Part shown: positions 19,890 through 29,662 of the stretch, piece by piece
How the letters are laid out: every line of letters starts with the position of its first letter
Position numbering within the stretch: the stretch's first letter is position 1
NCBI RefSeq assembly: GCF_000008385.1
Contig: NC_006833.1
Location: forward strand, 600,001 to 632,000
DNA: 32,000 nt
Direction of reading: 5' to 3'
DNA from: Wolbachia endosymbiont strain TRS of Brugia malayi
GTDB lineage: Bacteria > Pseudomonadota > Alphaproteobacteria > Rickettsiales > Anaplasmataceae
Program-made: the position numbers and the translations under genes
Notes under the pieces: generated by a model
The model's database searches: none
What the model saw: the letters and a program-made list of their open reading frames with translations, nothing else
Told to the model about the DNA's origin: nothing

Positions 19890-20850
19890 ATCAGTTTTTA
19901 GCAGCACGCTAAGCGCATAATAACGTGTCTATCCAAAGAAATAGAAAGCCCATTTTACAGGCCTTAAGAACCCTTATATGGGGATGTTTTAGACCTAAAA
20001 TTTATCCTTAATCTTTATTTAAGTGACAAAAGCACATTATTAAACTAGGTGTGTTATGTTTAATTTTTCTTATATAGACACTCCATGTCTTTATAAATTT
20101 TTATCTACGTTAGCTGAATCTCGCTTATTAAGTAATGTAATAAGCGCCAAGTTTTTGAGAGAACAGTAAACAACTCACATTGCATTGTTCTTTTTGTCTT
20201 TATTTAAGAATTAGTTCAAAAATCAACTAATCTTCTTTTTTTATAAAGAAATTATTTGAAAAACTTCTGCATTACCCTTATCGTGACGTTATGGATATTT
20301 ATAATTCCAAGGTTGACTACTTACCAAGCATATAAGACATTAATGTCAAGTTCCTACAAGAGATATCACTAGGGTTTCTTTTGCCCTTTTTCTTCCTAAG
20401 AAACTTCTTCAACCAACTCCTCTTGTTGAACCAACATATAACCAAATTCCTGTGCCCTTTTGATCAAATTTTTCACACTTTCTTTTTATAACGTGTTTCA
20501 TAGTAGCTTATACCTCTTTCCACATATCCTTGTCCACATTTCAACATTTGATAGAAGATACGTGCTAACTTTCTTGTAGTAGCAGTAATTGCCTCTGGGG
20601 TTCTTAAAAACTTAAATTAAGGAGCTTCTTCCTGGTTTGACAGATTTCTTCCGTCCGGTGCTACTTGGTAAATTTCTTAACGCTTATAATTTAGACTGAT
20701 TGCAGTTCAAAAGCAACTGAGTTGCAGTTATTAAGCATTTAGAATAGGAGAATGCCATGTTTCAAAGTTAAATGTAAATAACTAGCCGACCACGGGGATT
20801 CTTTTGCCTTTTTTTATTTAGTAAATTTCTTAATGTTTATGGCTAAAGCA
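19890..20850. repeat. block of degenerate noncoding repeats shared with 7929-8240
   Basis: Shared words in the same order: TTATGTTTAATTTTTC, TGTCTTTATAA / TGCCTTTATAA, GTAAATTTCTTAA, GCATTTAGAATA / GCGTTTAGAATA, ATAACTA..CC..CCAC..GGG.TTCTTTTGCCTTTTTT. Confidence 0.5.
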
Positions 20851-20874
20851 ATTTAAGAGAGAGGTCGCCCAAAC

Positions 20875-20977
20875 TTGAGATCCAGAAAAAGTAGGGTGTC
20901 ATTTCAGCATATGACGCTGGGATTTAGAAAAAAACAACCTGATTCCAGTACCAAGCACACAGCTGTACAAACATTAC
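20875..20977. repeat. palindromic-type intergenic repeat abutting the IS4-like remnant
   Basis: GAGATCCAGAAAAAG, GTCATTTCAGCATATGACGCTGGGATTTAGAAAAAAAC, CCAAGCACACAGCTGTACAAACATT (inverse match to 11361-11386). Confidence 0.55.
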
Positions 20978-22160
20978 TTATGGAAAAGAATAAAGGTAAT
21001 AATTGTAGACTTTTTCTGGGTCTCCACCACAATATTCAATGACAGATTTTAAGATTTCGAGCCTAAGTTCATTTATAAACGCTCTCCTTGCAAACTTGTA
21101 ACTCTTGACTTCACTGCGTTTCTTGTATTTCATTAATAAAACAGAGGTGATGAGAATCATATACAATGTAACAAAAATTGTGTTTTTGCTGTACCTAAGA
21201 AAATGCCTGGTATTGAGCTTTTGCTTAATAAATTTGAAAAAAACTTCTATTGACCAGTACTTTTTGTAAAAAGCACAAATTTCCTCAACAGATATTTCGT
21301 AAATATTGGTTAAAAATGTGAGAATCTCACCACTTTCTTGGTTTTTTGTTTTAATTGGCCTGATTTCAAACTGCAAAAACGCCGAACCTTTTGCACTAAC
21401 TGGACTATCATATTTTCTGTCAGTTCAAGCGTTTCCGTTTGTACACCTGTAGTCTTTGCATGAATACGAACCATTTTATTTGTCATTGCCATGATTGATA
21501 AAATATACATTTTTCCCTAAAAACTCCTCAAAAGGAGCACGTTTTTATAGCTCACGGTCAAACAGCAAATTGACTCTTGACCGTGATTTAAAATCATTTC
21601 CCGGAACGATTTATAATCCGAAAAACTTTCTGCCTGAGTACATAAATCAAACAATTTTCAAACCTCCCATCTGCTGCAACAGTGCACTTTATCACGTCTC
21701 TTTACAATATTTCGTGCTTCTGCAGGAAATACCAAGCCGTAGTAATTTACTTGATAGTTGAAGTGTCGTTGAATCTATAATCAGCAACTTTCGTTGATTC
21801 CCCCGGGCTACAAAAACTCTACAACATGAATAGAAAAATCCTCTTAAAGTACTCAACAGGTATTGTTTTTAAGCGGCTTGCTACTGATGAATGGCGTGTA
21901 TCTAAGTTGAACATGCGGCGATAATTTTCCTCCAATTATCCGCAAGCTCATCTCATTTTTCTCTAGTATGCTATACAACAATAAATTGAAAACATTTTCC
22001 CCGTAAATTTGCTAACTCTATAATTTACGTCAACAGCCCCATCCATTTTTCCCAGCTCTTCTCTTGGCAATTTTGATATCATTTCTTTGTAGTAGAACAT
22101 CACATTCCCAAAATTCCTACAATATTTCACTACTTTTACAATGCCTGTATAGCATGCTTT
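20978..22160 (-). pseudogene. IS4-family transposase pseudogene
   Basis: C-terminal ORF contains YWSIEVFFKFIKQKLNTRHFLRYSKNTIFVTLYMI (DDE glutamate region). Upstream frames give KFFGL*IVPGNDFKSRSRVNLLFDREL, LLIIDSTTLQLSS (first Asp) and KMISKLPREELGKMDG, broken by stops and frameshifts. Confidence 0.8.
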
Positions 22161-22219
22161 AGGCCTAACGACTGCAGGTAATTTTAAATGTTTATTTCAA
22201 AACACAATGTTCACGCAAT

Positions 22220-22993
22220 TTATTCAAGGGATTTACTTAGTGGCAAAACTTGCCCTGATATGCTGCAATCCTCAGAAGCTAGCTCCACAAATTTGTCTGT
22301 TAGTTTATTAGGTAATATCAATTCAGATATATCTTTTCCGGGAAATGCTTGCTTATACATTTCACTATCAACAGGCCCTTCTGAATACACAGCATTCACA
22401 CACAATTTTGTATGTTTTGTCTCAGATGCATATATCTTTACCATGATTTCCAGTGCAGCTTTACTTGCAGCATAAGGTACCCAATATGGATAAGAAGAAG
22501 GAGAAAGCGTCACTTCTGAGGTCATGAATATCACTCTTCCAGAATTGGATTTTTTTAGTACTGGATCTAAGTTTTTTAGTAAGTACCAATTGGCAGTAAA
22601 ATTTGTATTCATTACATTCTGTAGCTCTTCAAGCTCGCAGTCATGAACAAGATTCAATTTACCTAAAATTCCAGTGCATGCAACTAATATATCAAGCGCC
22701 CCAGATTCTGATAATTTTAGGCTTTCTATCATATTTGCCAATATCTTTACGTTTTCAAAGTCCAAAAGATCAAGCTGAATTAGCTTAACAGAACCCTCTT
22801 TGAATTCATCAAGCTTTTCGATTTCATCATATAGCTGCTTGAGATTATCAATAGACCTCGAAATCAAAATTACATATGCACCTTCCCTCACAAATCTTTT
22901 TGCAACGGCTGATCCCATTCCACCTGAAGCCCCGGCAATTAAAGCTATTTTGCCTTCTAACTTACCCATTTCTTTTCCCTTAGCGAGATCCAT
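22220..22993 (-). CDS. short-chain dehydrogenase/reductase family oxidoreductase
   Basis: 257-aa ORF. GKIALIAGASGGMGSAVAKRFVREGAYVILISR, LDILVACTGILG, YWVPYAASKAALEIMVKIYASETKHTKLCVNAVYSEGPV. Confidence 0.9.
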   Translation of the reverse strand: MDLAKGKEMGKLEGKIALIAGASGGMGSAVAKRFVREGAYVILISRSIDNLKQLYDEIEKLDEFKEGSVKLIQLDLLDFENVKILANMIESLKLSESGALDILVACTGILGKLNLVHDCELEELQNVMNTNFTANWYLLKNLDPVLKKSNSGRVIFMTSEVTLSPSSYPYWVPYAASKAALEIMVKIYASETKHTKLCVNAVYSEGPVDSEMYKQAFPGKDISELILPNKLTDKFVELASEDCSISGQVLPLSKSLE

Positions 22994-23804
22994 TAAAACA
23001 TTTTAGCTGAAAATTAAACTTTGCTCCATATATAAAAATTAAACTCACCATATAAAAAAACAGTAATGACACTACCACGCCACCCAAGCTTCCGTATATT
23101 AAATCCAGTTGGTCAAAGGAGGCTCTTAAGTATTGCTTGAAAGCTGAAGCAGAAACTGTCCAAAGCATAACAGCTATATAAGATCCAGGAAATACATCTG
23201 ACACATTTTGTCTTATGTTGGGCAGCATAAAGTATAGCCAGGAAACTACTATGAAAAGTACGAATTCAATGAGAAGATACCTAGTATAACTTAGCCCATG
23301 GTAAGAAAAATCGATTAGCATTGGCACTAATGTAGAAAATACTATAGTTAGAGTTATAATAAACGTAATTATTAAGAATTGTAATATACTTAATATTCTC
23401 CTTAATACATAAGGAGGCGAAACCGGAACTTTATAGGCTTTATTTAATATCGTTCTTAACCCTTCAATTGTCGACGAAGCAGTCCAAATAGCACCCACAA
23501 TTGCTAAAGTTAATAAACTTTGTGGTGGCCCTGATATTATCTCCCTAATGCGCGGCATTAAAGATGCTAAAATGTCCTGTGGCATGTTGTCAATTATAAA
23601 TGTCCAGCCAATGTTATATTGGTCTAAGAAATTCGCAAATGTTGACGCCAAAGCCATTAAGACAATGAGAAACGGAAATATCGACAACAAGATTAAAAAT
23701 GATAAATATCCCGCATGTTCCATCCCGTCATTATAAATTGTGTCAATCAAAGCATGATAAAGACAATAAATAATACCGTAAAATTTCTTCAGTAACTTAT
23801 TCAC
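22980..23804 (-). CDS. YihY/BrkB-family integral membrane protein
   Basis: 274-aa ORF. MEHAGYLSFLILLSIFPFLIVLMAL, GAIWTASSTIEGLRTILNKAYKV, LYFMLPNIRQNVSDVFPGSYIAVMLWTVSASAFKQYLR, YGSLGGVVVSLLFFYMVSLIFIYGAKFN. Confidence 0.88.
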   Translation of the reverse strand: MNKLLKKFYGIIYCLYHALIDTIYNDGMEHAGYLSFLILLSIFPFLIVLMALASTFANFLDQYNIGWTFIIDNMPQDILASLMPRIREIISGPPQSLLTLAIVGAIWTASSTIEGLRTILNKAYKVPVSPPYVLRRILSILQFLIITFIITLTIVFSTLVPMLIDFSYHGLSYTRYLLIEFVLFIVVSWLYFMLPNIRQNVSDVFPGSYIAVMLWTVSASAFKQYLRASFDQLDLIYGSLGGVVVSLLFFYMVSLIFIYGAKFNFQLKCFNGSR

Positions 23805-24279
23805 TATATTACAAATAAACCAAGTAAAATATTCTAAATGAAATAAAATATATCTTTAAGCAAAAAACCCTCTAATGATACTGAGAATTGTTATGTATTG
23901 TCATTTTTTTGTCATCCATATTCTCTCTTTCAAACAACACAAAATTCATTTCATTTCAACACATAACCAGAAAAAATACTAGCGTCTACTTACTGAAGAT
24001 GGTAAGGAGGTAGTGCAAGAAGTTTTATAATGTATGCGATTGATAGAGGTCACAACAACCAGATTAAGCCTAGTCTAGTTTAATTTTTGAGTTCTTAGCA
24101 GGTAGTTAAGCTTGGATTTAATAATACTGTATTGGCACCTTCGCTTTCTCCATCAATAAGATAAGCTCGATCGAATACCTTTGTTCCAAGATAATTGTTT
24201 TTTTCGTCAAAGAATAAGCTAATGACTTTACAAAGTTGCATTTCTTTTTTTCTAATCTCTTCTTGATCTTCTAAAGATA

Positions 24280-25998
24280 TTCCTAGTAGCTTTTGTTCTA
24301 GTTACTCATTTTCTTCTTGTAATTGCTCTAAACTTTTCTTTAACTTTTTTATCTCCAAATTTTTCTCTCGATTTCCTCTTTCAAACTTCTTATTTCCTCA
24401 CCTTATATCTACTTCTCTATTTTACCTACAGGTAACTTCTTACCTGTATTAGGTTGTTAAAATTCCTCCTCTAAAGCTTTTTTTCACAGTTTATTTAATC
24501 CTTCAGCTAATCGTTTTAATCTCTAATCGCTCTTTGTCTAGCTTTGATGAAAGTTCTGCTAAGCGTTGTTTATAATCATCCTTTATGTTTTCGGTCATCT
24601 CTTTCACTTCTTTCTCTAGTACATTTAATTGAGCTTTAGCTTCTTTCAATTCTTTCCCATTCTCTCCTTAACTTCTTCACCTTTCTCTAACTTTTCCGTA
24701 GCTCTTTGTTAATCTTGTCTGTTGATTAGGCTCTCGTTTTTTTCTTCTTTTAGTTGACTCTTCAATTCTGCTATTCCAGCATTTCTATCCCTTTGACTTT
24801 GTTCTAGTATGCCTTCTCTCGTTTTAATCCCTTAATGTCTCAATCCTTCCTAGCTAATTCTTTTATCTTTTTTTTCCAATTCAGCTTTAAACTTTTTAAC
24901 TTTCTTTTCCAAAATTTGCTTTTCCTTGATTAATCCATTTGTCCTCTCACCACTTTTCTCTGTTATTTTTCCATTATGGCCTTCTAACCCTTTATTTTCC
25001 CCTTCAAGATGCTTGTTCTTTTCTTCTAATCTTTTACTCTATTCTCTAATTCATTTCCCCTCGTTCATGCACTTCTCTGTTATTATATGAATCATTCTCA
25101 TATATTTCATCTTCACTGCTAACCTCGCTATTAATGAAAAAAGAACTTCTGCGCGAAGAAAACGCGGACAGGCTTCCAGGAGAAAAGAATACTCACTGTT
25201 ATTTTGTGTAGGCAATTGCGGTGATGTAGGTGATTTCATGTAAACGTTTCCTTCTTCGATATTTGCTAATCGTCTACACTCTGGCCCACGTCAGTAAAAG
25301 CTTTATACAGAGTTTTTCCACTAATAAAAACTTCTTTATTCTGTTCAACCAACTTTAATATTTCACTTTTTTTCCCTTCTGGTAATGGACTTTTGAACTT
25401 CGAAACACCAAACCCACCAGTAGCACTTTGGATACCACCAGATCCTACCTTCACAGTCATGCTACAATTTATGCTATTCCCTTCAGGATCCTTAGCCTGC
25501 CAGTTAATGGTCATCTTGCATGGACCAAGCCAGTAAAATCATAGTACCTCTCATTGCCTTTTTCTTGTACGCAGCTATTTGACTGTCTTTTCCTAAAAAC
25601 ATGTGATAAACCTAATCTTCATTGTTAGCTCTTAAAACATCACTGATTTTTATTAATTCTTCTTTATTTTCAAACCTAATGTTAAAGTTATTATCTTTTG
25701 TCGAATACGCTAAGAATTTTTGGCTTGGTAAGAATGTTTCAAATTTCTTATGTGTTTTATTTATTGATTTTTTAAATTCTCCTTTCCACTTTAAATTTAC
25801 CTGTTCTGTAATATTCTCATCTTCTTTCTTGTACAAAAGATCAATAAAATGCTAGACTAAATTTTTTCTTTCTAGTTGCTCTATAGTGCCCTGAAGGCTG
25901 CTAGAAGATTGAATAAAACTTAAAATATTATTTTTCTTTCATTCATCTACATCTAAACTCTGACCCTCAATAGATATATTTTCATTTTCTTCCGACAT
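24280..25998 (-). pseudogene. coiled-coil, charged protein pseudogene (unknown family)
   Basis: Minus-strand start at 25998 MSEENENISIEGQSLDVDE*KKNNILSFIQSSSSLQGTIEQLERKNLV*HFIDLLYKKEDENITEQVNLKWKGEFKKS.... It continues through 25612..25836, 25266..25514 and 25051..25239, then Glu/Lys-rich heptad-like sequence LENRVKRLEEKNKHLEGENKGLEG..., GILEQSQRDRNAGIAELKSQLKEEKNESL in broken frames. Confidence 0.65.
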
Positions 25999-26161
25999 AG
26001 ACGAAATCTCTGTTCTCCTCTAGCATAATTTTACATTTCTAGAGAATATAGAAAATATTAATATCTTTAACTTAAAAATTAATTAATTACGAGAGTAAAT
26101 AAAGAAGAAACTTGAGCGCTTGTCCATAATGCTATATAGTAGTTACTCTGAGCAGTATAGT

Positions 26162-27517
26162 ATGGACAATACCATTATAAGAAAATATGATATTAGGGGC
26201 GTGGTAGGCAAAGATCTACAGATTAACGATGGATATGAAATAGGCAGAAAGTTTGGCCAGACTGTAGCTAATGTTTGTGTAGGCTATGACAGTAGAATAG
26301 ATTCACCAAGTATAGAAAAAGAATTAATTAGGGGCTTAACTTTATCCGGAGCAAATGTTATACGCATTGGATTATGCTCTTCACCTATGCTCTACGCTGC
26401 AACGCAAATCACACAGGCAGACCTTGGCATTATAATAACCGCCTCCCACAACCCAAGCGACTATAATGGCTTTAAATTTTTCAGTAGTGAAAAAGTTTAC
26501 TTAGATCAAGAAACAAAGGAAATTATAAGTAGTTCAATTAAAAACAGTACAAAAATTGGAAGTTTAATCAATGTAAATATATATAGCCAATACATTCGCG
26601 TATTAAAAAGTGCGGTAAAGAACAATTCTACACAAAAACTAAAGATAGCCTGGGATTGTGGAAATAGTCCAGCAAGTGGAATCTTAAGGTATATTGAAAC
26701 AATCTTACCTGGCCATACACATATTATAATCAATAACTCTATAGATGGAGTATTTCCATTGCATAATCCAGATCCCATAGAAGAAAAAAATCTTGTTCAA
26801 CTTATTGATATTGTAAAGCAAGACAAATGTGATCTTGGCATTGCACTCGATGGTGATAGTGATAGGGTACGCTTAATTGATAATAAAGGCAGTATTGTTT
26901 CTAATGATCATTTATTTATGATTTTTGTACGTGAAGTATTAGAGGAATGTCCACGCAGCAAAGTTATTGCCAATGTAAAAATGAGTATGAAAGTGCATGA
27001 TTTCGTTAGCAAGTTAGGGGGGCAGGTGGTTACCTGTGCCACCGGGCACTCACTAGTTAAGAAAAAGATGGTAGAGGAAGGAGCAAAGTTTGCTGGTGAA
27101 TTAAGTGGGCATTTTTTCTTCTCCGAGCTAGGTTTTGATGATGGACTATATTCTGCTATTAAGGCCATTGACATTTTACTTAAGCAAAGTCAGGGCCTAT
27201 CTCAGATGATTGAGGATTTACCAAAGCTATATATCACCCATGAAGTGAAGATTGTGGTTAAAGATGAAAAAAAATTTCAAATAATTGAATTAATAAAGAA
27301 AACACTAGAGCAACAAAATATTGCATTTTCAGATCTTGATGGTATTAAAGTAACCGGCAACGATAATAAAGGATGGTGGCTCCTTAGGGTATCAAATACA
27401 CAAAACTGCATTACAGCAAGGTGCGAAGGAGATACCTTGGAAGATTTTGAACTTACTAAAAAGGTCCTGTTTCGTTATATTGATAAAGCAAAGTCTTTAG
27501 ATTGTAATCTTTCATAA
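26162..27517 (+). CDS. phosphomannomutase/phosphoglucomutase
   Basis: Track ORF 26120..27517; likely start is ATG 26162 (MDNTIIRKYDIRGVVGKDL). GYDSRIDSPSIEKELIRGL, IIITASHNPSDYNGFKF (phosphoserine loop), CDLGIALDGDSDRVRLID (metal loop), GELSGHFFFSELGFDDGLYSAIK (sugar-binding loop). Confidence 0.93.
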   Translation: MDNTIIRKYDIRGVVGKDLQINDGYEIGRKFGQTVANVCVGYDSRIDSPSIEKELIRGLTLSGANVIRIGLCSSPMLYAATQITQADLGIIITASHNPSDYNGFKFFSSEKVYLDQETKEIISSSIKNSTKIGSLINVNIYSQYIRVLKSAVKNNSTQKLKIAWDCGNSPASGILRYIETILPGHTHIIINNSIDGVFPLHNPDPIEEKNLVQLIDIVKQDKCDLGIALDGDSDRVRLIDNKGSIVSNDHLFMIFVREVLEECPRSKVIANVKMSMKVHDFVSKLGGQVVTCATGHSLVKKKMVEEGAKFAGELSGHFFFSELGFDDGLYSAIKAIDILLKQSQGLSQMIEDLPKLYITHEVKIVVKDEKKFQIIELIKKTLEQQNIAFSDLDGIKVTGNDNKGWWLLRVSNTQNCITARCEGDTLEDFELTKKVLFRYIDKAKSLDCNLS

Positions 27518-27662
27518 AAACAAAATTAATTTACAAAATTAGCATAACTACTACCTTGAAATATATCAACATAAATGAAAAGAAAATCAGCAATGCACAA
27601 GACTGCTTTGAATCAGTAGTTGAAACTGGTTCATAGATCTTGTGCCTAGAATCACCACTAAC

Positions 27663-28880
27663 CTAACTATAACATACACAATTAAAGCCATTGCAGCTTG
27701 AACATTTATAATCCCATCGTTCTAGTTCTTTATTACAATTCTTACACTTCCAGCACGGATCAGGCAAAGCTTCTGAGCCCATCTTGCTTAGCCAATAAAT
27801 TGTCTGATCTTGCTCTTGTAACACAACCTTGAGCTGCACCATAATGAGGTAGATTGACATGTAATTAGCTTTTTTTATAGCAGTATTTAGATATTGACTT
27901 GCAAGATCGTATTTACCTGAACTAATTGAGGATGAAGCAAGTAAACAATAACTAAAATAATAATCGGGGCGTAAGTTATATAACCTCTCAGCACCTTCAC
28001 TATTCAAACTGATGTAAATTTTAGCTGATTGAGGAGTAGGGTTTACTGTGTACTCCGCCTCTAGTACTGCAGAAGCTTTTCTGATCTTTCCAAGCCTAAT
28101 ATACAACTCTGCCTTTAAATAATTGATAGGTTGAAAAGTTACACAATAACTTTGTGCCCTAAATAAAGACTTCACAGCCTCTTTAAAATTTCCTTTACTT
28201 TCATATTGTTTTGCCAAAGCACAATAAAAAACTGCAAGCATCTTTTTACAATCAAAGGGAAGAAAAACATTGAACTTAATAGCTTCCTTTAATCTCGAAA
28301 TTGCATTGACCCAATCTTCTTGCAGTGCACAGTGTTCTATCTGAAAGGGAATAGATAGAATTCTGTCATTAACTGAGCTAGAGCAATACTCTATGAATTT
28401 TTGAAAGATTATTCTTTCCTGTTTGAGATGAGCAATCAGCTTATTAGTTAAAAGCAGAGCTAAGTTACGATTTTTACTTGCAATATCTGTTAAACCATTA
28501 CTGAAAAAGCTGTAATTCCCCGTCTTACCTGAGTTAAAAATCTTTATTAGAGATAACCTATCGGTTTCCTGATTTAGACTTTTAACTAGCTTATGAGCAT
28601 CTTCTATATTACCTAAATCTATGCTAAAAAATGCCTCAAAAAGAAGCAGTTCTTCTCTGTCTCTTTTTCTATTTCTTATATTGGCAAATATTGACGAAAT
28701 GGAAGAAAAAAAGCGCGTAAGTGTAACTGATAAAAACAATAAAGCTACACAAGCAAAAATAATAAAACATAGATCAGCACTTATAGTGTAACTCCCTAAT
28801 TCTAACTTTACTACTTCACCACTCACCTTGGCCCATATACCAAATAAAAATGAGAGGGCAAAAATTATAAAATAAATCAT
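27663..28880 (-). CDS. HemY-like inner-membrane TPR protein with C-terminal four-cysteine motif
   Basis: 405-aa ORF with two N-terminal TM segments, TPR-like helices (ALAKQYESKGNFKEAVKSLFRAQSYCV, AELYIRLGKIRKASAVLEAEYTV) and C-terminal CWKCKNCNKELERWDYKCSSCNGFNCV. Confidence 0.7.
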   Translation of the reverse strand: MIYFIIFALSFLFGIWAKVSGEVVKLELGSYTISADLCFIIFACVALLFLSVTLTRFFSSISSIFANIRNRKRDREELLLFEAFFSIDLGNIEDAHKLVKSLNQETDRLSLIKIFNSGKTGNYSFFSNGLTDIASKNRNLALLLTNKLIAHLKQERIIFQKFIEYCSSSVNDRILSIPFQIEHCALQEDWVNAISRLKEAIKFNVFLPFDCKKMLAVFYCALAKQYESKGNFKEAVKSLFRAQSYCVTFQPINYLKAELYIRLGKIRKASAVLEAEYTVNPTPQSAKIYISLNSEGAERLYNLRPDYYFSYCLLASSSISSGKYDLASQYLNTAIKKANYMSIYLIMVQLKVVLQEQDQTIYWLSKMGSEALPDPCWKCKNCNKELERWDYKCSSCNGFNCVCYS

Positions 28881-29662
28881 GAGACATATTGTAATAAGTG
28901 ATGATATATTATTGAAATATTCTTAGAAGCCACAATAAAACTATTCAATCTATTAAGCCATGGTTTGAATTCTGGGTTTATTAAACTGCCTACTGCAGCG
29001 GCCACACTTTGCCAATCATTATCGTTTACTAACTTTTCAATTTCTGCAAATTTTGTTCTTAACGGGTCATTTTTATCTCGTATTTTTACCCAGTTTGAAA
29101 TGATTTTTTGAAACAGTGTACCTTTATTGTAGTTAATAATAGCAATAGTTTTTTCAAAAGATAAATTCAATTCACGTAAAGTATTTATCTCTTCTAAACT
29201 TTCTAATTCATTCACTGCATTCTCTATCTCTGGATCATCAAGCTCTGATATCAAAGGTTTCATTGAATTTATATAATTATCAAATTTTGCTTCTTGCAAT
29301 AATGAATTTTTCATCTTAACTACAAGCAAAAGTAATTTTGCAAGATTCCTATACCTTGCACTACCATTACCTATCTGCTCACATTGAGTATGCAAACTTC
29401 TTTTGAAATCAAATATCTTTTTTTCTATTCTTGACTGATTAATTTCAAGCAACGCCCTAAGCTCATCTATCTTTCCGGTCAAAGCCTCTATATTGTTCTC
29501 ACTCTCCTGTTGATTTACTTTTAAAAACACTATGTTATTTATTGTAATATAACTAGCAAATAATAACGCAATTAAGAACCAGCCTATGCATTTTTGCCAA
29601 GTACTATTCATAACGTAGTATCTCCGCAGGGTCTTGCGCAGCTGCCTGTAATGCAGGAGCAA
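28877..29662 (-). CDS. single-pass inner-membrane protein with a helical domain, candidate alphaproteobacterial mitofilin/Mic60-like
   Basis: 261-aa ORF; probable start is ATG 29611 (MNSTWQKCIGWFLIALLFASYITINN). One TM, a coiled coil (NIEALTGKIDELRALLEINQSRIEKKIFDFKRSL) and a helical C terminus. It lies directly upstream of the hemY-like gene with a 4-bp overlap. Confidence 0.5.
   Translation of the reverse strand: MLLHYRQLRKTLRRYYVMNSTWQKCIGWFLIALLFASYITINNIVFLKVNQQESENNIEALTGKIDELRALLEINQSRIEKKIFDFKRSLHTQCEQIGNGSARYRNLAKLLLLVVKMKNSLLQEAKFDNYINSMKPLISELDDPEIENAVNELESLEEINTLRELNLSFEKTIAIINYNKGTLFQKIISNWVKIRDKNDPLRTKFAEIEKLVNDNDWQSVAAAVGSLINPEFKPWLNRLNSFIVASKNISIIYHHLLQYVS

Noticed and set aside
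24280-25100. Regularly repeated A/G-rich (T/C-rich on plus) tracts that might suggest a tandem DNA repeat or CRISPR
   Set aside because: No constant repeat unit or spacer pattern. The periodicity is explained by Glu/Lys-rich coiled-coil codons in a decayed gene.
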